NCBI RefSeq assembly: GCF_030028105.1
Contig: NC_092372.1
Location: 58,346,034 to 58,410,033 of the forward strand
Reading direction: 5' to 3'
Source: Mobula birostris
Taxonomy: Eukaryota
Length of the DNA stretch: 64,000 nt
Positions 25,301 through 40,300 of this stretch are shown one piece after another; the stretch's first letter is position 1, and each line of letters opens with the position of its first letter. The translations under genes were made by a program, and so were the position numbers. The notes below the pieces were generated by a model. The model saw only the letters and a list, made by a program, of their open reading frames with translations. It had not been told where the DNA came from and searched no databases.

Positions 25301-28300
25301 TGCCTTCTTTATGACTATACGGATATGCTGGGACCAGGTTAGATCCTCGGAGATCTTGACACCCAGGAACTTGAAACTGCTCACTCTCTCCACTTCTGGT
25401 CCCTCTGTGAGGATTGGTATGTGTTCCTTCATCTTACCCTTGCTAAAGTCCACAATCAGCTCTTTTGTCTTACGTTGAGTGCCAGGTTGTTGCTGCGGCC
25501 CCACTCCACTAGTTGGCATATCTCACTGCTGTACACCCTCTCATCACCACCTGAGATTCTACCAACAATGGTTGTATCGTCAGCAAATTTACAGATGGTA
25601 TTTGAGCTATGCCTAGCAACACAGTCATGTGTATATAGAGAGTAGAGCAGTGGGCTGAGCACACACCCGTGAGGTGTGCCAGTGTTGATCGCCAGCGAGG
25701 AAGATATGTTATCACCAAACCGCACGGATTGTGGTCTTCCTGTTAGGGTGTCGAGGATCCAATTGCAGAGGGAGGTACAGAAGCCCAGGTTCTGCAACTT
25801 CTCAGTCAGGATTGTGGGAATGATGGTAATAAATGCTGAGCTATAATTGATGAACAGCATCCTGACGTGGGTGTTTGTGATGTCCAGGTGGTCTAAAGCC
25901 ATGTGGAGAGCCATTGAGATTACGTCTGCCATACATTTCCCTGAGAACATCTGTTCCCAATTTATGCTTCCAAGTTTCTGCCTGATAGCTTCATATTTCC
26001 CCTTACTCCAATTAAATGCTTTCCTAACTTCTCTGTTCCTGTCCCTCTCCAATGCTGTGGTAAAAGAGATAGAATTGTGATCACTATCTCCAAAATGCTC
26101 TCCCACTGAGAGACCTGACACCTGACCAGGTGCATTTCCCATTTCCAGATCAAGTACAGTATCTCTTTTTGTAGGCTTATCTACATATTGTGTCAGGAAA
26201 CCTTCCTGAACGCTCATAACAAACTCCACCCCGTCTAAAGCCCTTGCTCTAGGAGATGCTAATTAATATTTGGGAAATTAAAATCTCCCATCACAACAAC
26301 CCTGTTATTGTTACGCCTTTCCAGAATCTGTCTCCCTATCCGTTCCTCGATGTCCCTGTTACTAATAGAGTTATTGATCCCTTCCTGTTTCTAACTTCCA
26401 CTCACAGAGACTCAGTAGACAATCCCTCCATGACTTCCTCCTTTTCTACAGCCGTGACCGTATTTCTGATCAACAGTGCCACGCCTCCCTCCCTGTCCTT
26501 TTTGAAACATCTAAAGTATGGCACTTCAAGTAACCATTCCTGCCCCTGAGCCATCCAAGTCTCTGTAATGGCCACATCATAACTCACGTACTGATCAGCG
26601 CTCTAAGCTCATCTGCTTTGTTCATGATGCTTCTTTCCTTAAAATAGACACATCTCAAACCATCGGTCTGAGCGCATCCCTTCTCTATCACTTGCTTATC
26701 CTCCCTCTCCCACTGTCTCCAAGCTTTCTCTATTTGTGAGCCAACAGTTCCTTCCTCCATCTCTTCAGGTCAGTTCTCTCCCCCCCCCCCCCCAGCAATT
26801 TAAACTCTCCCCAATAGCCTTAGCAAACCTCCCTGCCAGAATATTGGTCCCCCTCAGATTCAAGTGCAACCCATCCTTTTGGGACCGGTCATGCCTGCCC
26901 CAAAAGAGGTTCCAATGATCTAGAAATCTGAATCCCTGCCCCCTGCTCCAATCCCTCAGCCACGCATTTATCTTCCACCTCACTCTATTCCTGTACTTAC
27001 TGTCATGTGGCACAGGCAGAAATCCCGAGATTACTACCTTTGAGGTCATGCTTCTCAACTTCCTTCCTAACTCCCTGTAGTCTGTTTTCAGGACCTCCTC
27101 CCTTTTCCTACCTATGTCGTTGGCACCAATATGTACCACGACCTCTGGCTGTTCACCTTCCTGATTCAGGATATCATGGATACGATCAGAAACATCCCCG
27201 ACCCTGGCACCTGGGAGGCAAACTACCATCTGTGTTTCTTTCCTGCGTCCACAGAATCACCTGTCTGACCCCCTAACTATAGAGTCCCCTATTACTGCTG
27301 CCTTCTTCCTTTCCCTACCCTTCTGGGCCACAGGGCCGGACTCTGTGCCAGATGCGCAGCCACTGTTGCTTCCCCCAGGTAGGCCATTCCCCCCAACAGT
27401 ATTCAAACAGGAGTACTTACCGTTAAGGGGGTACTCTCTAGTATCTGACTCTTGCCTTTCTCTGTCCTGACTGTTACCCACTTAACTGTCTCTCGAAGCC
27501 CCTGTGTGACTACTTGCCTATAGCTCCTGTCTATCACCCAGTCACTTCTTCTGGAGGTTTCCTAACCCAGTCCCTAAGGAGCTGCAGCTCGACGCACCTG
27601 GCACTGATGTGGCTTTCCAGGAGGTTGCGAGTCTCCTGGACTTCCCACATCCGACACCCAGTACAGAACACTGGCCTCACAGACATGATTCCTATTTCTA
27701 TTCTTCACAGGTAACCTATCTTGCCTTGACCTGTTTTGCCAAAGCCCTCCTACTCTGTCTACCTCTACTTCAACATCCGCTGTTTCCGAGACCCGCTCTA
27801 TAAAGCTGTCTCCTTTTAAACTCTTCGCGCTGGTCTGACTTGCTGACGTCCACGCACTTGCGCAGTCGTCCCTTGATCCTTGTTTTTCTAACTCCAAAGG
27901 ATACATAACTAACCTCTTAGCTATTCTTGATTGTCAACTTTTTCATGTCTGGGGTTCTATGAGACAATGTTCGTTCCTTGCTGAGTAGTGCCAGTAAGCT
28001 CTGATGCCATGAAGGCCAGTTAAATTACAGCCTTGGTGGTGAAAATTAGCCCAGGTGTAGTTGCAATGCACTCCTTTCTGGAAGTTGTATTTATGTCCAT
28101 GTGCTGCTGGACAAAGAAAGTACTGTTTCTAGGCAAAGTTGTTTACACTCGGGCATTGGGGATGACAGGAGATGGGGATTAGGTGGAAGGGAATATAACA
28201 TCTTGTTGAATGGTGGCACATTTTTTTTGTGTGCTCTTCCAATGTAAGTAATTGCAAATTTAAAGCTTCACGTTGAACAATGAAATTGTAATTCATACCT

Positions 28301-31300
28301 GTTGTATGTTTCAACTGGAGTAAAATAAATTGCTTCTCAATTGCTATTGCAGGTATTACGTCATGGGGTTGGCTTATCAACCAGTTCTGACAGTGAACTT
28401 ATTACACAACTTCTGGCTCTGACACCTCCAAAAGAAGAAGCTGATACACCAGACTGGGTGGCCAGGTACAGGAAATCACTTTTCTCAGACTTTTAGCTTC
28501 ATTTTGCAGCATGGTCAATACTGCAGTAAAAATTAACCAATGAGAAAATAAACATTCACTTAATGAAAGGGACAAAGATACTTCTGAATTATATTTCGTA
28601 TAGCTGCTAGAGGGATATAAAACATGCATATAAAGCTACTTAAAATACAATCAGATAATTGATTGTTAACTGCAAAGAAAATGCAATTAAAATTAAACAG
28701 TTGGACCCAACAGTATATTTAACAAATATGTTTTCCATCATCTTTTTAAACATAATCAGTAAATATTTTAGCAACTGGAAAATTGAGGGATTTGGCTGCA
28801 TGTACAACAGATTAACCTAATATTGAAGTGTACTAAGAGTAGTAAAAAAGTAGATAATTGAGTGGTTAGCAATTCAGAGCTTGTGTTGGTGTGTTGATGT
28901 ATTTGACATTTTTCAAACTAAGCATCAATTTTTTTTCACACTTTCCCATTGCCAACTTGAAAAAAGTCATGTAATATGACTTTTAAAGATTATGCAGATG
29001 AATATGTTTTTATAATCATGTATTAATATTTGTTTTGCAAATTTCCCTAAATCAATCAATTAAATTAAATAAAATATTAATGTCTTTTATGTGTACAATA
29101 TAGAAATTACTGAGTGGGAAAAGAATTTTGTATGAACTTTGGAATAGTCATTAATATTAAAGTTACATTAAAAATAGTTTATTTGCTATGTTTGTTGAAA
29201 AGGGTATTGTCATTTATTGAACATTTAGCAAGAAGAAAAATCATGAACTAAAGTGCCTTCATGGAGTTAAGTTGCAGATTTACCTGGAGTACTGCATATT
29301 CACTAGCAAATGCAGTGCTGCGCAGCTAGCATGCTGAATGGTGTATTCTCATGGCATCAGCCCAGATACTGGAGCTTGACAGCTGAAATGTTACACCATG
29401 CGGCTGTTTACAGAATTATGCAAATTACATGAATTCATGAAATACAAAGAAGGTTTGTTATGAGCTACATATCAAAATTTCTTTTACTTTGTGGTTATTA
29501 TAGAAAGCAACTTAAGAGTACAGGGTTCACTATGTAAAGTAGTACTTGCCCTGTCAGTGAAATTGGTATTCAGAATACCCTCATTAAAAGATACTTATGG
29601 ACTCTATTTTCATCCTTGTGGTTTATAGAAGTATCTAGATTTCATCATTTTCTGCTTTGGAGCATCAACAAATAGTTCAATGGCAAATCCAGTGAATTAG
29701 TATCTTCAGCAATGCTAGGTGCTGATTGGAAGGTACATGAGTTAGATAGAATCAGATTTAATGTCTGAATGCATAAATATATTTTAGCTTACTTGCCAAA
29801 GAACAAATATAGTGTTCTGGGTAGCCAAGTTAAAAAAACATAACAGAAAGTTTCTTCTTCATGATTTTGGCTAAGATTTGTTGAGAAAGGAAATACAAAA
29901 ATCAATTAATGTATACTAGTTTTTTTTTAAAATGCTCACTAGATCAAGAAACATCAGTAGAGAGAGAAAAAATTAATGTTTCAGGAATGATGAACTTCTC
30001 TCGATTTAACTGGATGTTATGCCAATGTAAGTTGCCTCTCAAATTTGAAACAATAGAATGATTAATAGAATTTTTTTTCAAAAGCAACTTTTTCACATTG
30101 AGTTGAAATATGTATGTTAAGGGGAGGGATTTTTTTTTCAAATGTAACATTTGTGGAAAATGTTTCAAGTGCAGTGAATTCTAGTTAATTGGGACACACT
30201 GGGACCAGTACATTTTGGTCCAGTTAGCCGAATTTTCATGGAAATAGTTAAAAAGGTATTTTCTTTAAAAAAAAGATAACCTACCTACCGTTTAACTGAG
30301 TAATAAATTATGCAGAACACATCAGAACACTATCAATGCTGCTGCAGTAGTATAAAGCTATTGGTTCCTAATAGTTATCGATAGAGGATAATAGTCGTGT
30401 TCACATGATTGACTGTAAATAAATAAAGTCAGCACAGGCAACTAGTGCAGATAATGGACTGCCTTCAATCAATGCTTTCAATGATTGCATCCTCTAAAAC
30501 ATAACATTCAAGGCAATTCAAATTCTTCGTAATTCCTAACTTGTTAAAGAAGTAAAATTTCATTTTCACTCCCAGCGCTTTCTGACATCTTCAAGCCTGA
30601 ATGCCTGAAACGGCAGTGAACAAAACAGTTCTGAATTGTCTTACTGCTTATCTCTCTCCAACTATCAGCAACTAAAATCACAGCTTTTTGAACAAAAACA
30701 TGCAACTGATGCTATTTAAAAACTGTTCACTCTAAGCACAGTGTTGTGTCTAACAGCCACACAAGTGCATGTGACTGCCTCTAGTTAGAAAATGTTCGGT
30801 AACAGTCTCCTGTCCTAATTTAGCAGCATAGTGTCCCAAATAAATGTAGAGAATCCAGACTATTTTCTTGATTAGTTTCTGTTCTTTGAGTTGTCCCAAA
30901 TCAACGTCGTCCTGATAAACCGATGGCCTAGTTAACTGGAATGCACTGCATTAGTTTATAGTCCATGAAAACTAGCTGTGTGATCTAATGAATAGAATTT
31001 TGTGGTTTCCCTCTAAATTAATAGCTTATAATTAGGAGGCCCATATGGCCAGTTTTGATGAAAATGAAGAAAAAAACATGCTGAAAATATGAAATAAAAC
31101 AGAAAATCCAGAAAACTCTTGGCAGGTTAGGTAGCATCTGTGTAAAGCGAACCAGTTCATTTCATCAGAACTGGAGAAGAGAGAAAAGCAGTTTTAAGGC
31201 CAATGTTGAACTTCATTTCTAGGATTAGAAATTTGATGACAGCAACATCTACCTCTTACTCAATACTGCTTATGTATAAGGATGTAATCTATGCTGTCCG

Positions 31301-34300
31301 TGACCCTTATGGAAATCGTCCCTTGTGCATTGGCTGCCTTGTACCAGTTTCTGAACTGCGAAGTTCAGGTAAGAAAAAAATCTACGAATTAAACTGTATC
31401 TAACCAATTTGCTGTGATTGTCTAATATCCATTTTTTAATTTTCATTTATTGAAAAAGAGCCAAAATTCTATTTTTTAAAAAATTCAGACTCTGTTTCTT
31501 GTCCCAAGTTGCAGGAAAGTGCTAGAATAATGAAAGTGAAGAGTTTTGCTCAGAGTACTAATTTTATCTATAGTGGATATCAGGGTCAGTAGGTGCCTGG
31601 CAATGGAGAGGTGGGAGGTCCAAATGTTTTAAATTTGAATTACCTTTGGAATTTTAGGATTAGATTGGCACTATTCACTATGCTGAATGTAAACAAAAGT
31701 GAGAATGTACTTCATTTGTTATCTTTCCTGTTCATTATGGGGTGATATTTCATTGATTGTTGAAGGGAATTTGAAATTTTATTGCTTCATAAAATGTCAG
31801 TGGCCTTAACTAATTTGTGAGGAAATTCAAAATGCTAAAACAGTACATATTATGCCCTGACTATTATATAGAAGGTATTAAATTCTTGGCCAGTCAGTAT
31901 GAGACTATTTGTTCAATGAATGCTTCCAACTCGGATGAGTAGCTCATTACATGACAAAGATGATGTGTTGAGTTTAGTCATATACCCCAGAGAGAGAATG
32001 TGGTACCTGTAGTGGAAATCTTGGCACAGGAAGACAAAACAAATGAAGAAGACAGCCCAAATCACCCTAGTGTACCTGGTGTAAAAGGAAATAAAGTATT
32101 CATTCTCTATGTAACAACTGTTCAGAATAGAACAATGCCCTATGTAATGGCCCCAACTACTTTTTTAAAAAGGTGTATTTTATTAGGCTGCTCAATGTCC
32201 AGAAGAGCCTCTGAAAAATTGTATTTGATTTTCAAACTCAGACAAGCTTTCGCTTTCTAAAAGTTGTACTCTGGTTATTGTCAACACATGCTCTGTTCTC
32301 TTCCCCTATTTAAATCTTGGGCTCTAATTTTAGTGATCTGATGAGGTTACTAAGGCTAACAAACAGTTCCAAGCCAAGATAATAGTTGAGGTTGCTGGGT
32401 AGTCAGGAAATCACAAGTGCAATGACTTGCAAGAGATAACACTAACAAATAAAATTCTGTATGTAGAAGTGAACAGTATTGTACTATATTGCAATTCTGA
32501 ACTGGTAAGGTGTTACGAACCCCGTAACTGGGTTGCCAAACCAGCAGAAATGGATCAGTCAGTTGGAGTCTGGATTACTAGAACTAAGAAAGTTTTATTA
32601 AAGAAACAAGCAACACAGTACTCTAATCAAAAGGATAATAAATGCAACAGTTCAGCAATGATAAACACACATGTACACAGAATTAAGATAACAGGATCAA
32701 TCAAGCTCTGTCGTCGTCTAGGGGTAAATGACCAGTTTCAAAGTGATGCAAAGTTCAGTTCAATTTAGTTCAGTTCAGTTCGCAGTAACCACTGCCGTGG
32801 GAGATGGACAGTGTGGGGGAGGGAGAGAGAGAGCATAACGAATGAATATTCAAACGGCTTCCACACAAACCTTCGATATTCTTCGCAGTCAGCTTTCGGG
32901 CGAGCCCTTTGTGATGTCTTCTGAGGTCACCAACCGTGACCCCTCCATTTCCAGATACGATTGTTTTCTCTGCGGTGAACCTGGCACCCAGGCAAGGGCG
33001 GACACACACCAGGTTCCCGCTGATCGTGCCTTTCCACCCTGTGCGTCTATGGCTTGGTCCCGCGACCAGCCTTCCAAAACTTCCCACCAACTTGTGGGAG
33101 GTCTCGTGTGTGTCTTGCCTTAGCGAACCTGTCCTTTTTTATCCCCCTGCTGGGGTATCGCCTGTCCATCACTTCAAACAGTTCAGGGTTCAAAGGGGGA
33201 GACTATCTTGACAGTTCTCCTTCCGTTAAACTCTCCCATCCCTTCATTAACATCTCCAAATGCTGCTCCATTGTTTTCCTTATCTCTCTTTCTCCTGAAG
33301 ACAGGTGGCAGACCAACTGCTGATCCCACTGGTGCCAGCACAGGCCAGCTAACATCTTAATCTATGTGTATTCTCGTCACATAAGGCATCTAGGAACATT
33401 CTGCCACTCAAATGGAAATGATCAGATACAAATAATAGTGAGTTAGTGGTACAATAAATCCCAGTAAATTGAAAATACCTGAAGTACTTGGCAGCCAGTA
33501 TGTGTAGAGAGAGAAAAAAATTTCAGGTTGCTGACTTTTTGTCCTGATAAAGTTTGAGGTCCACGTGCGAATTTAAAGCTTGGTTCAAGTTATAACAGGA
33601 TGGGGAAAAAAGATTTGGTTAAGTCTATAAGTGGTTGGCCTATGAGGAAATGCAGGGAATTGAGGGTAGAATTTGTTCTGGGTGCTAAGTAGGAAAATGT
33701 TTTGACTCACTGGGGGCTTTGGATTTAGGAATTAAACTATGCAATTGATTTGGTGATAGGGAAGTAGTTTAAGAGTTAGCAGTTGTCAGTTGGACAGGAA
33801 ACAATTTATTTCTTCATTGGACAAGTAAATTACATTCTGTGAAAATTTTTAATGTTATTTTGGGTCAAAACTGTCTGCATTTGAAATTGAGATTGGTTAG
33901 CAATTTTTGGATGCTTTTTCTTTTGACTGTAGGAAAACCAGACATTGAAATGCATCCTGAAGGATGGGTGGTTTCTTCTGAATCATGTAGTTTCCAATCT
34001 ATTGGAGCTAGGTAAGGATTTATTTTATGTATTTTAATTTGGGCCTGATTTAACTAGGTTTGTAGCTTTCCTAGCATTAATAACATGAATGCTACACATG
34101 CTGATAGAATAAAGGCAGAACATGTGCTGAGTGATGTTGATTGCTGAGGCAGGTGTTTCCAAGGGATGAATCTGCCTCTGAAGCTGGCACCAACAGGCTT
34201 ATTCACAAAGCATGGTGTACCACAGTCAGCCCCCTCTGGAAGATACTGGCTGCCTACTCTATATCTATGCCTCTCAAGGTCTTATAAACCTTATCACCTT

Positions 34301-37300
34301 GACATTATCTGCTATTGCTTAATTTTGGTCACTAGGCATAGAAAAGGTAAGGACCTAATAAATGAGTGCAGTTGTACTCTTCGTTTTCTGATCATGCTGT
34401 TCTTGGTAGGGATAAAGTAGAACCATTAATCTCTCTCACGTTGGTGCAGATTATTGAATTATGTAAAACTGTAAGATCTGTGCATTATTCTGTACAACAG
34501 AATACATTTATGCAATGTCTTTAATGTCATAACACACAACAAAACAGTTCACAGAAGCATCAAACAAAATTTAATATAACCTATATCAGGAGATTTAGGG
34601 CAAGTGAGAGTTCACCATAGAAATTTACAATGCAGAATGAAGCGATTCATTGTAGCACCTCCCTGCCAGCCCTGGACAGCTTCTAGACATATCTCATTTC
34701 CTGGAGTTTCTACTTTGTCTTAGCTTGGTAGGTAATTATTTCCAGATCTGCCAAAATGGAGAAATTTTCTTCTTAACTACTTGGTAATCTTTCCACAATT
34801 ATTTTATTTTTCATTTGTGCTTCCTATTTACTGACTTCGCAGCTAAAGAAAATGCCTTCTTCTATCTTGGTTATCGATTGCCTTAAAATTTTATATCCCT
34901 TGAATTATTTGATGAGGAGAGCAATAATGGAGTATTAAGTTTTCTGTTAGCTTTATTTAAATCTTCTGCATGCAAGCTAGCTTTTGTTGAAGATGGTCAT
35001 TGCATATCACTTTAATGACCACTTATCATATTGTTATTTACTATTTATCGCTTCATATCTGAAACTGGTCTAGGTCTTGCTTACTGCATGCAGTTGTGCA
35101 CTATGTTTGCTGATTTGTCCTCACAACCATCTAGCTGGCACCATAGCAGCGTGAGTTGTTTCCTGTGAAAACATCTCCGTACTCTTGGGTTGTAAAAAAT
35201 CATTTGCTGCTTCATTTGACAGTAGAAATAATCATTTTGTGTAGTTTTTTGATGGGCTGGGTTTAAAGAATAGAGTGGTGATACTGAATGTGACACGCCA
35301 TTAGTTTGCCACCCCGGTGTAGCAAGTAGAGTTGAAGTTATAATACTGAAGGGAGAGTTGTACTAAAGTAAACAATAGTCTAACATAGGTGCCTTTACTA
35401 TCCAGGTAGCCCATAGATGAGTATAGGGCCACGAAAATTACCTGCTTCTATGGTAGGTGAATTGCAGTGTATCAAGATCATTTGGGAGGCTGAAGCTAAT
35501 CTGTGCCATGACACAAAGCACTCTCAAGGTTCATTTTCAAGGTTCTTCATTATGGTTCATTTCAGAGCCACTGGCAGTAGTCATTAAGACACCTTAACTT
35601 GTTTTTCTTAAGTACCTGTATAACAGTGGTCTTGAAAAAGATGGAAACCTCAGATCAAAACAGGGAGAGAATAAAAATGTTTGCATTAGGAAACAGCTCT
35701 GCTTCTAAGGAAAGGAAGTTAATTGATGAAGCAGCTGAAGATAATTGGATCTACGATACTGCCCTGAGAAGCTACCGTGAATCTGTAGGATTTGATTTCT
35801 TGATCTCCATACCCATGTTCCTTAATATGTGTTATGACTTCAGCGATTGGATTGTTTTTCCTCTGATGTCCAATGACATCAGTTTTACCAGGCTCCTTGA
35901 TGCCATACTATCAAATGCTTCCTTGATGTGAGGGGGAGTTGCCCTTTTCTTTCCTCTAAAATTATTTTAATTGATGCTAGAAGTAAGGCTAATAATGACG
36001 TCTTAGGCAGCGTGATCCTGACAAAACTCAAAATACACATTGAAGAGCAGGTACTAGTGAGTAAATGGCCCTTAATGTCATCATCGATGACACCTTGCTC
36101 TGAAGATTAAGTGCACATTGGTTGAGTGGTAATTACCCAGATTGAATTTATCCATTAGTAATTCCAGAACAGCTCTTAGGATCTCTATTAAACTCATTTC
36201 TCTTCTCTATCAATGACCTGGATAAATGTGTTGTATGAATTGCAGATACATTTGCAAATGACAACTGATGATGTATCTGAAATGGTAAGGATGAAAGGGA
36301 AGCTGTATCGGGAAGTTGTCATTTAGTGTAAAAAAAAAACATTGTGTGATTGACTTTGGGTCTCGTTTCCGGAATGAATAAGGGCAATGCGAGATTACAT
36401 GCTTGAAGGTGTTTAGAAAGAGATTGGAGCAATAAATGAGACTGGTTTTCAGGAATATGTTTATATCTACTATGAATGTTTATATTTTGACATTACTACC
36501 TAGTGCCATTTATGATTTTTTTTCAAACTTCACTGAAAACGTATAAATATTATTCGTCTTACTATTTTTTCTAGGTATTTTCGTGAAATATTACCAGGAG
36601 AAATAGTACAGATTTCTAGGGATGGAATCCAGACACTTGATGTTGTACCAAGAGCTCGGGGAGATCCACCTGCATTCTGTATCTTTGAGTATGTCTATTT
36701 TGCCAGACCTGACTCCATATTTGAAGGTAATAATGAATTTTATCTGAATTCTTTGGACAGCCATTTAAAAAAAAATTTCCAATTAATACAGTTGTAAAAT
36801 GTAACCTGGTTCACTAAATCTTCATTCAGCATTGCTGTAGTTAGAAAGTATTTTTAAAATCTTGTAATAAAGGTGGTTTGTGTGTTGTTACAAATTACCC
36901 TTCAAATGAATAAAAACTATACTTGTCTGCTGTAGTAATTACATTTTGGCTGGTGCTACTTTGACAGTTCTGTTTATAGTTACAGTACAAGTGGTCCTAC
37001 TAAACAAACCTACATTTTGACGAAGGGTCTCGGCCCGAAATGTCGACTGTACCTCTTCCTAAAGATGCTGCCTGGCCTGCTGCGTTCACCAGCAACTTTG
37101 ATGTGTGTTGCTACATTTTTGTTTTTGTTGAATTGAATTGACTTTTACTTATATCCTTCATATATATGAGTAAAAATCTTTGCATTACCTCTCCATCCAA
37201 ATGTGCCATTTATAGTAATTTATAATAAATAGTATGCCTTGCTTATGCACTCAATGTTAAATAAAATTTGTACTTTGTGTGTAGAGTGGTGTACAAATAA

Positions 37301-40300
37301 TTTGATTTGTTTAAAGGCAAAAGAATTATTATCCAAATTTCTTTGTTTTTACATGTTTTTTATACTTTTCAGTCGATATCTGTGCAATATTCATTTGTAT
37401 TTCTTTTTTTGATTAATAAGGGCAGATGGTATATACAGTCAGGCAGCGATGTGGGCGGCAACTTGCTATTGAGGCACCTGTAGATGCAGATTTAGTGAGC
37501 ACCGTTCCAGAATCCGCAACTCCAGCAGCACTTGGTTATGCACAGGAGGTATGTAAACTCCAGACTCTTAAACATGTTAGAATTATAAAACTTAGGAGCA
37601 GGCCACTTGAAGGATTATTCTGATAGCTGGCTATTTAGTGGAGCCATCCAATTAAACCCTTTTTTAGAAAATTACTATTGAAGTTACATTCACCAAACAA
37701 GGTAGCTTTGATGAGATCACTTCAAATAAGTAACAATGTTTAAAAACAAGTTTTCTTATGTCACTTCCTGATTCTTTTGTTAGCTGGCTTATATTTGTTT
37801 CTTGTAGTTACAAACTACCTATTAATAAGAGACGATTTCCTCATTTAACTTTACCAAAAATGTTCATGATTTTAGGCTGCTAAGTTTTTAAAAAATTACT
37901 TGCTCAGTTTTGATGAGAATGCCCATAGCTGCTTCAGTCTTGTCTTATTATTTTAGTCTCTTTTCAAATGCTAGTGCACAGAAATGAATGCGGAACTAAA
38001 TGGGATTTTTGAAGACTTGGGTATTTACTTTTGTGCTTTGTTTTTATTAATGAAGCCATGGATTAGGTATGTTTTTTAAAATTATCTCAAATGATCCTAC
38101 CATGTACAGAGTATTATGTTGCAAACACTTCATGTTCTCTCTGTTCCTGCATCCTTTTAAAACTATATAATTGGTTTGTCTGGTCATTTTATTCTTAACC
38201 AAAATGCATATTTCTCAGAATTTATTCCGTTTTACCATATTACCAGTCTTCTGAACTCGATTACTGTCTCCATAGTTCAGAATGTTTCACTGTTCTATGT
38301 CACCGACAAAATTGAATCATCCCCTGTTGATTGGCATTCAGACCATTAATCCATAAGGTGCAATGCAGCTAATTTTAAATCCCAGGAATTGCATTTAAAT
38401 AGGATTAGCAGAATTTTAAAAACTAACAGATGAATATTTAATTATCATTTTGTTTCTTTAATATCAGTCTGATAATTTGGATTTGCACAAAATTCGGAGT
38501 GTTATCTGAACAGTGTCAATAAAATGCCACTAAAGGTTTTGTGTGTGAAAATATAAAAAGTAAACATATAGCAATTAACTGTACAACTTTAATTCATTTT
38601 TATTTGACAACAATGCTGCATATGGGAAGTAGGGATGAAGAATCAGATTTTTTTTTACATTTATTAATGTTTTTAAATTTTTTGCTAATTTGAGAGTTGA
38701 AAAATTACTTATCCATGTTTACTGATTTACTTTTGAATCTGAGCTTGTCAAGTGCACACTTAATGCCTTCTGGCATTCTCAGTAACCCTGTTACTACATC
38801 AAGTTAGCTACTACAGTTGCTATGCTTTGACTATAAATAATATTGTATTGTCTTAGATGCTATACAAGTAGGTTTCAGTGACTCGAAACACTGAAGATTT
38901 CCCCAAAATAATAAGAGAATGACATTCTTGAAGAAAGTATAATTCTCCTCCTGCTAGCCACTTATTCCCAAATATTTTAAAGATATATCTTATAAATATA
39001 AAGGTGAGATAGTATTAATTTGGTTGGGGGGAATATTGATATTGTTCCTTTTGTTCTACAGGCCGGACTACCATATGTTGAAGTACTATGCAAAAATCGT
39101 TATGTGGGCAGAACATTCATTCAGCCAAATACAAGACTGAGGCAACTAGGAGTAGCACAAAAATTTGGAGCCCTGAGTGATAATTTTGCTGGAAAACGGA
39201 TTGTGTTAATAGATGATTCAATTGTGCGTGGAAATACAATTTCTCCAATTATTAAACTCCTGAAGGAAGCTGGTGCCAAAGAGGTATTAGTAAAAGAAGC
39301 TTTGGAACATTTTAAAAAAATGTAATATGATTATACTACATGCGTAGCATTAAATATGTATTTAAATTAAAATAACTGAACTTCAAAAAAAGTACCAGTT
39401 ATATCAATGTTGACATAGAGCTTTATTGAGCTTTGCTTACCTTTCAAAATGATGGAATATTTTAAATGATACTAAGATACCTTGCTTTTCTAAATTGTAT
39501 AAATTTGCTTTCAAAGGTACACATTCGTGTGGCTTCACCTCCAATAAGATTCCCTTGTTATATGGGTATTAACATTCCAACAAAAGAAGAATTGATTGCC
39601 AACAAACCAGAATTTGAAGACCTTGCAGGATATATAGGTTTGTTGAACTATCTCTTTTGACGTGAAAAGTGTAATTGCATGTCAGTAAGTTAATAATACA
39701 GCAATTTCCATTTTACAGGGGTTTATTGGGTCAGAAGTGAAATTCCACTTGATTTTGTTCTAGATTTGGACCACTGTCAATGAAACAACATTCATCAGCA
39801 AATTTAATCCTAATCCAGGGTGAGATCTGAAACAGCTTAATACCTTTTGCCACCACAGATGCTGCTTGATCCAGCAGGTTCTCCAACAATCTATTTTTTG
39901 TTTTGGATTTCATATCTCTGTTGTCCTTCCCAGAACATTAACAGTTTTGATAATTTCACGGTTTATCCCTGATAAATGTGCAAAAGATACAAACTCAATT
40001 GCCTCTAAGATTTAAAAAAAATACTTGCCTGGGCATTGCTCTGCGTATTTATTGATTAACAATTTGCTGTAAGCAGTGTTACTGCTAATATTAGAAAGCA
40101 TAAAAGGTATTTTGAATCCAGTCCTGCCAGTGCACTTCAGGAGAATGTAAAGGCCCTGGAGAGTATACAGTGGAGATTTATCTAAATGCTTCTTGGAACT
40201 TAATCTATAATGTTAGTTTGGAGGAGTTTGAGCTGTACCCCATGTACAAAGAAAGTTGGGAGGGGATTTAAAAAATTGTACAAGATCACAACCAGCTTAG

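Noticed and set aside
32427-33323. Several ~100-aa ORFs
   Set aside because: They overlap the solo LTR and lack gag/pol motifs.
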